This document shows, in pieces, positions 1 through 9,777 of a stretch of DNA of 64,000 nt. Source of the stretch: Amoebidium appalachense (lineage: Eukaryota > Protista > Ichthyosporea); the NCBI GenBank assembly GCA_963693365.1, contig CAVNZM010000013.1, forward strand, positions 1 to 64,000, written 5' to 3'. Within the stretch, counting starts at the first letter, position 1. Every line of letters begins with the position of its first letter. The notes under the pieces are model-generated. The model was not told the DNA's origin. It saw nothing but the letters and a program-made list of their open reading frames with translations, and searched no databases. A program made the position numbers and the translations under genes.

Positions 1-232
1 TGTCCCCGGCCTGCTGCCACCTCTCCTCGAACGCGGGGTCGGACAGAACCGGATTCACGGTCGGGTACGCCCGACGCACACGCTGGCGGTCGGACTCCTG
101 GTTTCCCACCACCAGGGGTGTGTCGATCAGCAGCTGGAGGAACGCATGCATGTCCGCCACCGAGTACACAGCGTACTCGTCCATGCACCATGCCTTGTCG
201 GGGTTGTACAGCATCGAGGTGTTGAGTCCCAT
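1..232 (-). CDS. Hypothetical protein, partial (runs off the window start)
   Basis: ATG at 232 opens MGLNTSMLYNPDKAWCMDEYAVY... with no stop before position 1. Divergent from the gene at 442 across a CCAAT-containing spacer. Confidence 0.5.
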   Translation of the reverse strand, partial: MGLNTSMLYNPDKAWCMDEYAVYSVADMHAFLQLLIDTPLVVGNQESDRQRVRRAYPTVNPVLSDPAFEERWQQAGD

Positions 233-441
233 TGTCTGCGGGGTACAAAATCTACACGCCTCAGTCCATCATACCGCTTTTATGCGCCCCTGGCCAATCA
301 CATCTTCCGAACGGCGCGGCCGTGGCCTGACGCAATCAACGCCGTCCATGTGACGCAATCGCCTCCCAGCCACGCGGTTGGTATTAAAGGACTCGTTTCA
401 CACAAGCACAAGCACAAGCACACACACGACCCAAACACAAC

Positions 442-1984
442 ATGGCCGCCACCTACGCCATCTACGACCGCCTCGCCATCGCCGGCGCGCGCGAGGCCGG
501 CTTCCCCGCGATCTCCCCCGAGCTCGAGCGCCTGCTGGGCACCGTCGGCGACGACGTGGTGGTCAAGGTGCTGCGCTTCCTGGACCCGTTCCTGCTGGAC
601 TGCAAGGAGACCATCTCCGGGCGCGCCGTGTTCCGCCTGCTGGGGTACGGCCGCTACGAAGAGTTTGCTAGAGCCATGTTCAAGGGGCGGAATGGGTTGC
701 CTGGCTTCGTCCCAGTCGGCAACTACCGTGTTGTGGAGATGGAGGTATGTCTCAGAATTTAATTTGTGTCATTAACTTTCGGATCTGGGCTGAAGTTTCC
801 CCGTCTGTGATTGGTCTGTGTGATGTCATTATGACGTTGCCGGCATGTAGCCGGTGACGTCATCACTTTCCCGCCTCGGTGGCGGGAAAGTTTTGATTGG
901 CCTTGTGACGTCATCACTTTCACGCTCCCAGAGCGGGAAAGTTTTGATTGGCTTTGTGACGTCATCGCTTGACTTCTGTTTCATGCAGAGCACTGGAGGT
1001 CGTCCGGGACAAGACCATCTGCTCAGTGCAAAGGGCTTCCGCCTTGCCTCGGCCGCCAACCATGGCATCCTGGGCCACGGAGTCCGAGTGTGGGCTGTTG
1101 ACGTAGCCGAAGCATTTGCGCGCATGGCCGCCACGAACAAGGATGAAGCTCTCTCCGCCATGCGCGCCACCCTTGCCGCGGCCGAAGACCGTGCCGCCGC
1201 CGCCGTAACCGAGCGCGACCAGGCCATCAACGACAAGGAGGCCGCGGAGGCCGCGCAGGACGAGGCGCTCGCGACCCTCGCTGCCGCCCTTGCCCGCGTG
1301 AAGCTCGAGCCGCTGACCCTCCCCAACCGCATGCCGGCGACCGCGGGCGGCACATACACGGACAACCACGCGTTCAAGCGCCTGACGCGCGCGTTCGGGT
1401 ACCTGTGCGTGGACACGCTGTACGGCGACGGCGTGCGCTGCGCCAGCACGTACACGGGCATGATCATGGCGACGACGGGCGTTTGCTTTGTGTTTCAGTC
1501 GGGGGAGATCTCCAACATCGTCGCCACCACGGGGCTGCAGAAGGCCATGAAGGAGCGCATCCGGCTGTGGACCGGCGAGGAGCCCCCATACTCGACCGAC
1601 ATGACCACGCAGCAGCTGTACACGTTTATCACCAACTACACGCGCTGGTATGTCGAGTACTGCAAGGCGCCCGTGCTGCTGCGCCAGTCGACCATCGACA
1701 ACGCGGCCGGGGGCGCAGCCGAGCACGAGGTGCACGTGGAGATGGCGTCGTGGCTGGAGGCCATCAAGGACAAGTTTCCCGACATCGAGCCGCTGGACCT
1801 CGGGCGCACGGTCAGCATGCACGACCCGCTGGTGAACCGCGGCGAGCAGCTCAAGGGGCAGACTGTGCTGGACGTGTATGTGCAGCGCGGGCGGCTCGGG
1901 CGCAGGCGCAAGGTTGCGCGGCTGGAGAAGCCCGCGGGGCCCGTGGACGTGTGCATCATCGAGGACAGTGACACGGATGAGTAG
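442..1984 (+). CDS. Two-exon antirepressor/MSV199-like DNA-binding protein with coiled coil (exons 442-744 and 989-1984, ~432 aa)
   Basis: A phase-0 GT-AG intron joins ...NYRVVEME to STGGRPGQDHLLSAKGF..., restoring a GGRP-x(4)-L-x(4)-F motif typical of viral AntA/MSV199-like proteins. AATAAA follows at ~2057. Confidence 0.7.
745..988 (+). other. Spliceosomal intron (244 nt)
   Basis: Donor GTATGT at 745, branch-like GCTTGAC at ~967-973, pyrimidine-rich tract and CAG acceptor ending at 988. Lower GC than the exons; splicing keeps the frame. Confidence 0.75.
854..970 (+). repeat. ~2.3 copies of a 51-bp unit (TGACGTCA + inverted TTTCCCGC pair + ATTGG)
   Basis: GTGACGTCATC at 854, 905 and 956; CGGGAAAGTTTTGATTGGC at 883 and 934. 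Confidence 0.9.
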
Positions 1985-2104
1985 GGGTGTGTGGGGGTTG
2001 GGGTATTTGCATGGGGTAGTTTGTAGTTGTGCACCGTGTGCACGCGTAACACTTTGAATAAACAGACTCAAATGGACCATGTTTATTTGGCGGCACTGCC
2101 GCGG

Positions 2105-2899
2105 TCACGCAAACAGACACGGGGCCAGCCGATGGTACCACTGGGCCGAGTGCCGGTTGCGCACGCCCTCCTTGAACCATGCGCGGCCCGCGATGGCCGC
2201 GATAGCGGGGCCGTCCGCGTTGGCGCCCAGCCGCCCCCGAAACGCGATCCACGGCTCGTGGTCGAGGTCGCGCAGCACCGTTGGGGCCCATGTCTTGTGT
2301 GGCGCGGTGTGGTCGTTGGCCAGGCCCATGACGCGCAGCCACACGCCCGGGCGCGGGTACATGGCATGCGAGCCTTTTGCACAGAACACCACAGGGCGCC
2401 CGTCCGGGTTTTTCTCGACGTCGACGAACCACTGCCACTTCCCTTCGACGTCGCCGTGCGCGCTGAAGTACGCGCGCGCGGGGTTGCTCGCGCCGGCCGG
2501 GAATACCAGGTTGACAAACTCGACGTCCGCGTGGTGCCAGCCGAGGTTGAGGGGCGTGTACCCGTTGTTGTACACGAAGAAGTACACGAACATGAGGTGC
2601 AGCTCCCCGTCCGCGACGCGGGCACAGTAGTACACCGGGGCGTCGTCGGCGGGCCCCTGCTCTGGCGGCAGTTCGTGGCCGTCGATGGGTCTGAGATAGA
2701 AGTTGTGGTCGGTGACGCCCCCCACCTGATGCGGGCTGGGCGCGGGCACGCGGAACAGCGCGTCGTCGGCCTTGAGCAGGGTGCACGCGGCGAAGTATGC
2801 TTCGATGTGTGTGGGAAAGTGCGTTTCGCGATTGTGAAAGTGTAACACCGGGTTGAACCGGGCAGCAAGTGCCTGTACGTCCCAGTCCTTCGTGTCCAT
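2105..2899 (-). CDS. Vps62-like protein
   Basis: F(N)PVLHFH..E.HFP, YFFVYNNG, HHADVEFV, YFSAHG and RPVVFCAKGSHAMY motifs match the Vps62 family. Likely start MDTKD at 2899. Confidence 0.75.
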   Translation of the reverse strand: MDTKDWDVQALAARFNPVLHFHNRETHFPTHIEAYFAACTLLKADDALFRVPAPSPHQVGGVTDHNFYLRPIDGHELPPEQGPADDAPVYYCARVADGELHLMFVYFFVYNNGYTPLNLGWHHADVEFVNLVFPAGASNPARAYFSAHGDVEGKWQWFVDVEKNPDGRPVVFCAKGSHAMYPRPGVWLRVMGLANDHTAPHKTWAPTVLRDLDHEPWIAFRGRLGANADGPAIAAIAGRAWFKEGVRNRHSAQWYHRLAPCLFA

Positions 2900-2930
2900 G
2901 CCTATGGACGGGAAAAACGCACGGCGCGCA

Positions 2931-3073
2931 CCAGGGTGCGTGCTATTGAAGCCGGAGCATGACGGAGGGCACACGGAGGAGAACCACCCCCCCCCTTTTA
3001 CTCACGCCCCACGTGGCACAGCATGGTCCCGTTGAAGTCCAGGGTGCGTGCTATTGAAGCCGGAGCATGACGG
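2931..3073 (+). repeat. 35-bp exact direct repeat (2931-2965 and 3039-3073)
   Basis: CCAGGGTGCGTGCTATTGAAGCCGGAGCATGACGG occurs twice; it duplicates the 3' end and stop codon of the penton-like gene. Confidence 0.9.
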
Positions 3074-4995
3074 TGTACTCGCCGTGGATGGGCGTGCCGT
3101 GCTCGTCCTCCAACTGCACGCCGATGTTGTTGATCGCCCCGTAGGGCATGAGCGAAACAAACACGGGTGTGTTGGGCTCGTACAGGTCGTTCGTGGCTTT
3201 GTCCGTGGGGATGACCGCCAGTGGGCGCTGTCCGGCCACCTGCCCGATGACCCGGGCGTTGTTCACGATCAGATACACGAAGAGGCGGCGCGGAGACGAC
3301 GCGTCTTTGGTGTAGGGTATTCCGTGCATCATGCCCGTGGCGTAGCCGTACGGCCCCGGGAAGGTCGCGGCAAACATGTCCAGCAGGCTGGGTCCGCATG
3401 CGCTTGGGTCGTAGCTGGTGAGCCCGTTGCGAAAGCCGAGCGAACGGGCCGCGGAGCCGGACAGCGTGAACCTTGCACAGCGGATGCCCGCGATGACGGC
3501 CACCGCGAAGCGGTACACCGCCTGGAGGTTCGAGAACGACGGGACGACGGCCACGGAGAGTCTCGGGCCAATGGTGCGTGCGTAGTGCATCGGGTTCCCG
3601 ATGACGCCATTGATTATGTCCAGCCAATCGGCCGCGGTCGTTGGCTTCGTGTGGGGGAATGCGGATACGTACATGCTGGCCAGATCGAACACACACGGCG
3701 GAATGTTGTCGTACACCGAGAGGCCCGCGAACGTGTCCCGCGACGCGTCGTGCAGCCCAAGGGGTTGGGGCGCAGCTGTCACTATCTCGCGTGCGATGTC
3801 TTCGGTGCAGCGCACCTTGAAGTGGTATAAATTGCCGTCTCCGCCCGGCCTGGATTGCAGGCGCCAGTCCGCCCAGGCGTGACTGTATGGCACGAGCTGT
3901 TCCGGAACGACGGGTGTGGTGGCCACGGGTGGGATCTTTTTGGACCCGTTCGCCAGCGCGGCGGCCCCGTCCGTGTATATGCTCGTGGCGTCCGCTGTGT
4001 AGACTCTCCTGAGGGGTCCTGCCGAAGGGTCTATTTCCGTTTCCGGCCCGACCGAGGCTCTGTCAAACACGACGACACGAACGGAGATGTTCTCGCCAAT
4101 CGCGTACAAAGCGATACGAAGCGAGTAGGACGGCTGTCCCTTGCAGACCTTTTCGGCGGCGGTGAAGATGTTGCACAGCACCTTGGCCGGCCAGGTCATG
4201 GCGTCGGTGGTTGTGTCCACTGTCAAATCGAGGGTATACCATTCGTCGTACAAGGGAAACCCCCCTTCCGCACCCGTGTGTAGTGTTGGGGGGGCGTATG
4301 ATGTCAGCGGTAGTTCGGGGGTCTTGTAGGGTATGACCAGCGTTCGCGTGTGCCCCCCTGTGAAGATGACCTCGTCGGGTCCCAGTCGGTCGATAGGCAC
4401 CGAGGCGACGAGTGCGACCCCCGGGCGGATTGCCGCGTCCAGTACAAAGAGTACACAACCCACCACACGCAGGGCAGTACACAACCCACCACACGCATGC
4501 GGCTTTTTTTTCTGCGAGACTGTACGGCCCCGTGTACTCTATTTCCAGTTTGTATGATGGGTTGACGATGGCGATCCCCCTTGCAAGTGATACCGGCGGG
4601 TACGCAAGACATACCCCGCCCGCAAACGCGCCCAGTGGCTGTCGACGTGGCTTGTTCAGTTTCTCCTCCAACGTCTTTGCCAGATCGGCAATGGTGTAGA
4701 TACCGTGCGGTATCTTCAGCGCGAGGCTGTCCTGGATGTCGCCTATCTCGACACCCACGTGCAACGAGTCCGTCGCGGGCCCGATTGTGCACATAGAGTG
4801 GATGGTAAAGTGCTCGAGGCTACAAGACCTCTTTGTCCCGGTTATGACGTCCTGTGTGACCTGCGATCCAGGTTGACCCGCGTTGCACAGCGCGACGCTT
4901 TCGTATGTCGAAGGCGGCGGAGGCTTCTTCCTGGCCGCAGCGGGTCGCCTGAGGAGGGCCAGCTCGCGCTCGATGTTCTGTGTGGCAATACTCAT
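3051..4995 (-). CDS. Penton / minor capsid protein-like (single jelly roll with large insertion), split by a frameshift near 4450-4511
   Basis: N-part LKIPHGIYTIADLAKTLEEKLN and C-part PLAVIP...INNIGVQLEDEHGTPI...YTVMLRL resemble NCLDV/polinton penton strands. ORFs 4063-4995 and 3051-4484 join if one A is removed from the A8 run (T8 at 4504-4511). Confidence 0.6.
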
Positions 4996-5278
4996 GGTTG
5001 TTACTCAAGAACATAATTGTGTCTTGCCCCTCGCAGGCACTTTACATCAGGAAGGCGCTTGTTCATTGGACATACCTTCATAGCCAATCAATCGCGTAGC
5101 CAATCAATCGCGTACTCGAATGTTCTGCCTCGTTTGTAGACAAGCCGTACACACGCGGTCCTGTCATATTCCCGTTTTCGGTATCGCAGGTGTTGTTTGG
5201 ACACGATCCGTCATTTCATTTGTATACGTTTTCGTTTTTTTTTTTTGGGGGGGGGGGTTAGTGTGTGCTGCGGAAGCG

Positions 5279-5830
5279 ATGGACATGTACGATGCTTTCT
5301 ATGATGTATCTAGGTATGCTTCGAATCACCACGCCGTGGGCCTTTGTGGTTTGCCGGGGTTTATAGATGTAGTTCAGGTTGACTATGTGTCGCATATACC
5401 AACTCTACCGGGTATATCGGTGCATCTCGTGGAAAGGGGCGGTGTCTGGCAGCTCAGGGAGACACTCACGACGGGGGCAACAAAACATATCGATAACGTT
5501 ACCCCTCGAGACTTTCTTCCTTTGTACCCCGAATTCTACCGCCCGATAGGGGCATATTTGCATGTGCTCTCTTGTTGTGGCGTCAGGCTCTTGCGGCAGG
5601 CCTTGAATTTCGACGACGGTATGTACATCTGTGGCTTTGGGTCTGTGGCCCTCGGCCATGATCGCCTTTTGGGGTGTATTTTGAACGTGGCCGACGCCAA
5701 GTACGTTGATTGGGATCAAACGGGGCTATTTACGAGAAATGGTCGTTTCTATTCAATAGACGAGATTTGCGACACGGCCGAGTCCTTGGGTGATCTATAT
5801 GTATATTTAGAGTTTTGGTTTACTCTGTAG
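5279..5830 (+). CDS. Hypothetical protein
   Basis: 183-aa ORF from ATG 5279 with protein-like composition; no motif recognised. Confidence 0.5.
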   Translation: MDMYDAFYDVSRYASNHHAVGLCGLPGFIDVVQVDYVSHIPTLPGISVHLVERGGVWQLRETLTTGATKHIDNVTPRDFLPLYPEFYRPIGAYLHVLSCCGVRLLRQALNFDDGMYICGFGSVALGHDRLLGCILNVADAKYVDWDQTGLFTRNGRFYSIDEICDTAESLGDLYVYLEFWFTL

Positions 5831-5965
5831 TGATTTGATTGGTTTGTGACTCGTGAGCCACTTTGGCTGGGTTGTACAATTGCAAGTGTTGGGCTGTGAT
5901 TGCGTCACCAGGGACGCTGTACAAAAAAGGCACAACCCGCAGTGCAAGAGGTGATAACATCAAGT

Positions 5966-6826
5966 ATGCAGCTTCACGATTTTGATCACCCCATGGCCCT
6001 ACCATTGCGGTATTCGCTTTCTCGCCCCACCGCGACCACCCCGACCGGCGCAATGACATTCGATGTGTTTTGGCAACATTTGGTCGAGCTGACTGAAGAT
6101 GCGCTCTGGTGTCATACCGAGGTGGCTATGTGGAAGTGCGTGGCGCGAGCAGAAACGAGTTGGGCCACCGGTCTTACGCCGACAGGCGGTGCGGAGTTGT
6201 GCAGAGTGCTGGGGTTGCCCACTGATATCGTTGAGACGGCCCTGGGCGAACTAAGCAAACGACTGGCTCCGAAGGCCGGTGACGTCCTCGAGGCGTTCCG
6301 TGTGATTATGAGCTGTGAGTATTGGCTGTGTGTGGGGCGTTGGGTGCTGACTGCGGCTAATAACGACCCCTGCCCCGCCGAGCTTGTTGACATATTGGGA
6401 GTATCGGGGTATCGCGGATTTTTTTCATGGGGTGATGCAATCGAGCAGTTTGGATCGTTGGGCTCTTCCGCGTCTGTAGCACACCGACTCACCGAATACC
6501 TGCTCGTTTGCCACAACAGTGCCTGGATTGGGTTCGCACCGGTCGGTGATGCCGCGATCGTGGAGGCCTTGTATAGGCTCCACTGGAGTCTGTCGGCTAC
6601 ATTTCGGAGTGGTAGGGAGTCCGTGTTTGTTGATTTTTTCGCCGAGTATCGGGTGAAGACGCGGGCGGTCATATCTACCATCTGTAGGGGGCTGGATGAT
6701 TGTATAGAGACATCTATGAGGAAATCACTATTGCGTGCACTTGGAGCGGTAATAGCGGACAACCGCACCACCCTTCTTCTTAGATCCTATTTGGTCGTGG
6801 TTCGAAAATGTGTGCTGCCTAAGTAG
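5966..6826 (+). CDS. Hypothetical alpha-helical protein
   Basis: Long ORF whose stop abuts the RGS ATG at 6827; start uncertain. Confidence 0.55.
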   Translation: MQLHDFDHPMALPLRYSLSRPTATTPTGAMTFDVFWQHLVELTEDALWCHTEVAMWKCVARAETSWATGLTPTGGAELCRVLGLPTDIVETALGELSKRLAPKAGDVLEAFRVIMSCEYWLCVGRWVLTAANNDPCPAELVDILGVSGYRGFFSWGDAIEQFGSLGSSASVAHRLTEYLLVCHNSAWIGFAPVGDAAIVEALYRLHWSLSATFRSGRESVFVDFFAEYRVKTRAVISTICRGLDDCIETSMRKSLLRALGAVIADNRTTLLLRSYLVVVRKCVLPK

Positions 6827-7207
6827 ATGTCCCCCAGTGTATGTGACGTTGATTCGATATTACGCGATGCATCCTTGTTGTGTGCGTTCCGGAACTTTCT
6901 AAGGGCGGAATATGCCGATGAAAATATAAACTTTCTTGATGCGTTGGCACGTTATAGATCCCATCCCTCTAATGCAATGTCCCGTCTTGTGTACGACTGG
7001 TTTGTGGCACTGGATGCCCCATTTTCGATCAATATATCGGGTCGGTCCCGGTCTCTCGCCCCGCATGACGAATTTGTCGGTGCAGAACGCGAGGTTCGTG
7101 CAATGTTATTAGATGACAAGATACCCAGGTTTATTGAGCAGTATGGTTTGAGGCAAGGCTGTGACCATCAAGGCCCTTTTTCATTGCCGGGAAGTGAATG
7201 TTCGTAA
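6827..7207 (+). CDS. Stand-alone RGS (regulator of G-protein signalling) domain protein
   Basis: IL.D...L.AFRNFLRAEYADENINFL...Y..FV..DAPFSINIS...F..A..EV..ML..D.IPRF is the RGS-box consensus. Confidence 0.9.
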   Translation: MSPSVCDVDSILRDASLLCAFRNFLRAEYADENINFLDALARYRSHPSNAMSRLVYDWFVALDAPFSINISGRSRSLAPHDEFVGAEREVRAMLLDDKIPRFIEQYGLRQGCDHQGPFSLPGSECS

Positions 7208-7993
7208 CAAGACCCCTGCCAATGTGGCGAGAACCAGGCTGTGGGTAACGAACAATGCAAATGCCATGCAGCCATGCCAAAATACATCCAAAACCACCAC
7301 CGACCAGATGATCTGGTCAACCGCGACCAACGACATGCCAATAAGTGCATCTGCAAAGATACAATACATCACCCCGCGAACGATTCCGGTCTCTACTATA
7401 CGCGCCTGCCCGAGCCTGGTCAAGGTATACACGGCGCCAACCAACGCGGTTGCGCTTAGTATGTATTGCAGTGCAAGGTGTGTGTCTGCGTATGTAGTGT
7501 AGCTGCACGCTTCATTGCACGTGCACAACCCCGTAGTCCCCACTGCCATCAATACCCCCATTGGTGCTATGGGGGACCAGGGGCGCGCGGCAAAGAAATC
7601 CAGAACCCCGTTCTCCATATCATGCCGATGGATTGCCCCAACGACTCGAAGCAGCACGGATATATGCGCTCCTATGGACCAGAGCTTGGTCACCCAATAT
7701 ACTACCCACCAAATGCACATACCCGATGTGGCAGGGTTTGCAGCATATTGTGCCCACTGTAGCATGTGGGCGGCCGTGCATGCCGCAGGGACGTGGAACA
7801 ACATGATGGCGTTAGACGTGGCGTTTAGGAACTGCGCCCCGAACCCCGGCCCGAATTTAATGCGGATGGCAACGTGCAACGCGGTCGCCAGAGCAACTGT
7901 GGTGCTGGCGTGGAGGAGGAGGCATATGTTGAACAGCAGCGATATGCGGGTGAGCGTCTGTTGTGGGAGATGGGTTTCCATGCTCCTCGGCAT
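7181..7993 (-). CDS. Multi-pass membrane protein, GPCR-like 7TM candidate
   Basis: About seven hydrophobic segments in 270 aa. Cys at the start of putative TM3 (GMCIWW), LLRVVGAI at its end, and Cys residues in the loop after TM4. Confidence 0.55.
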   Translation of the reverse strand: MPRSMETHLPQQTLTRISLLFNICLLLHASTTVALATALHVAIRIKFGPGFGAQFLNATSNAIMLFHVPAACTAAHMLQWAQYAANPATSGMCIWWVVYWVTKLWSIGAHISVLLRVVGAIHRHDMENGVLDFFAARPWSPIAPMGVLMAVGTTGLCTCNEACSYTTYADTHLALQYILSATALVGAVYTLTRLGQARIVETGIVRGVMYCIFADALIGMSLVAVDQIIWSVVVLDVFWHGCMAFALFVTHSLVLATLAGVLLRTFTSRQ

Positions 7994-8016
7994 TGTTTAA
8001 GTTGTCGTGTATTTCC

Positions 8017-8286
8017 ATGGGAAACGTTATCGGCTATTTATCTGGTGCTCTCGCTCCCACGGTATCACAACCTGACGACCCGCGCCTACCAGATGACCCC
8101 GATTCAATTACCGATCGCATGTTGTATAACTATTACGGAACCCTTCCCCGACGGCACGAATGGCGGCTCTGGTACCAGAAGCCAGACGCACCAAATGTTT
8201 TGATTGGACTGATTGGACGAAGCCCCGATTGGATGGCGGATTGGGTGTGTGATGACGTCGACCCAGTGACGTCACCGGCTCCTTAG
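8017..8286 (+). CDS. Small hypothetical protein or gene remnant
   Basis: Begins MGNVIG; the 3' third runs through the ATTGG-rich promoter of the next gene. Confidence 0.25.
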   Translation: MGNVIGYLSGALAPTVSQPDDPRLPDDPDSITDRMLYNYYGTLPRRHEWRLWYQKPDAPNVLIGLIGRSPDWMADWVCDDVDPVTSPAP

Positions 8287-8315
8287 GACAAACTTAGGCG
8301 GGTATATTTAAACTA
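8200..8315 (+). promoter_or_regulatory. CCAAT/CRE-rich promoter of D5-like helicase copy 1
   Basis: Four GATTGG copies, TGACGTCA at ~8268 and TATATTTAAA at ~8303 upstream of ATG 8356. Confidence 0.55.
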
Positions 8316-8355
8316 AAGTGGTCGCTGCATTCCAACGGTCACGCCAGTTTTCAAA

Positions 8356-9777
8356 ATGGCGGCTCACGCTGCTTTCGTGGACGCGGACGACAGGGCAATT
8401 TTTGAAGACACTGAAGATACCAGTCTCAAGTTCCTCCGAGAGGAACAGGGCGGAAACTTCAGCGACGAGGCACAGGTCGCGGGTTATCTCCGCCGTTTCG
8501 TTGCCAAGGTGCGACAGCAGGCACTTTACATCGTCAAGCTGTGGAGTGATGAGGCGGGTTTCCGCCACTCTGTATTGTCTCTGCAGGAGGTAAAGCATAT
8601 ACTCAGCAACCGCAGATTCATACTGCCCCCGGTGGCGCCTGGGCGGCCGGCGACGGTGTACAACGGCGAGTCATACCTTCGGAGTGGCATGGTGCTCGAA
8701 TATGCCAGCGTTGACTTCCGACCAAATGCCCCGGGCGTCCCGGCCGATGTGTTTAACACGTTCCGCGGTTTCGCCATCGAGTACGACCCACTGTTTGTTG
8801 TGGATCCAGCGCGCACGGCCCTCTTCCGTGAACACCTTGAGTGTGTCATGTGTAACGACGACCCTCAACTCGCGGACTTTCTCTATCAATGGCTGGGGCA
8901 CCTGTTCCAACGTCCGCACGTCAAGCCCGGGTGTGCTTGTCTCATGACGTCCACGGAGGGGACGGGCAAGAACATGTTTTGGAGTATTATTGAGAATATG
9001 ATCGGGTCGGAGTATGTCGGGTTGGTCGAGAACGAGGATCGGCTCAACGCGCAGTTTAACGAGAACATCGCGTACAAACTCCTCGTCGTCGCACAGGAGG
9101 TTACATACGGCGGTGGCCACAAGACGGCCAACTATCTCAAGACCATGATCACCGACCCTTTCGTCACGTACGAGAAGAAATACGCGAATCCGGTCAAGGT
9201 CAGAAGCTGTGAGCGCTGGGTGATGCTGTCCAACGAAAAGTGGCCCGTGCGCCTCGGAACGAGCGATCGGCGGTACGCGTGCTTCGATGTGTCTACGCGA
9301 CGGCGCGGGCAGTTTGATTACTTTCAACAACTGAAGGCCGAGTATGCTCCTGGAAGCGAAGGCCTCAAGCACCTCTACCATTTTCTGATGCGCGTGCACG
9401 TGCCCGACGACACGATACAGCCGCCGGCCACGCAGCTCAAGCGCAAGATCCAGGAGCTCGCGCTCGACGACGAGATCCTCTTCCTCAAGGATTGTGTTGA
9501 CCACGTGAACGGGATGGAGGATTGCGGCGTCCTGGACGGGAGTTACGTGACGGCCAGCACCATGTTAGAGGAGCTGCGAACGTGGATGCGCGTCAACGGG
9601 AAGGACGAGCGCAAGGCCAGTATCCGCAACCTGGGCCGCGCGCTGCACCAGGTGCTTGGCAACACCGTCAACGTGCGCAACCATCAGCTGGCGCGCCTGA
9701 CGGGCATGCCGCCGCTGGATCCCGCGCTTTCCTCTCACGCCTACGTGGTGTCGTTCAACGCTGTGCGGGCCTATTGA
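8356..9777 (+). CDS. D5-like / DUF5906 superfamily-3 helicase (no primase domain)
   Basis: Walker A STEGTGKN, FNENIAYKLLVVAQE, LKTMIT, MLSNE and SDRRYACF motifs. Confidence 0.85.
   Translation: MAAHAAFVDADDRAIFEDTEDTSLKFLREEQGGNFSDEAQVAGYLRRFVAKVRQQALYIVKLWSDEAGFRHSVLSLQEVKHILSNRRFILPPVAPGRPATVYNGESYLRSGMVLEYASVDFRPNAPGVPADVFNTFRGFAIEYDPLFVVDPARTALFREHLECVMCNDDPQLADFLYQWLGHLFQRPHVKPGCACLMTSTEGTGKNMFWSIIENMIGSEYVGLVENEDRLNAQFNENIAYKLLVVAQEVTYGGGHKTANYLKTMITDPFVTYEKKYANPVKVRSCERWVMLSNEKWPVRLGTSDRRYACFDVSTRRRGQFDYFQQLKAEYAPGSEGLKHLYHFLMRVHVPDDTIQPPATQLKRKIQELALDDEILFLKDCVDHVNGMEDCGVLDGSYVTASTMLEELRTWMRVNGKDERKASIRNLGRALHQVLGNTVNVRNHQLARLTGMPPLDPALSSHAYVVSFNAVRAY

Noticed and set aside
4500-4512. 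Programmed -1 frameshift in the penton-like gene
   Set aside because: Joining the two ORFs needs loss of one base (+1), not -1, unless the 26-bp duplication is also removed.
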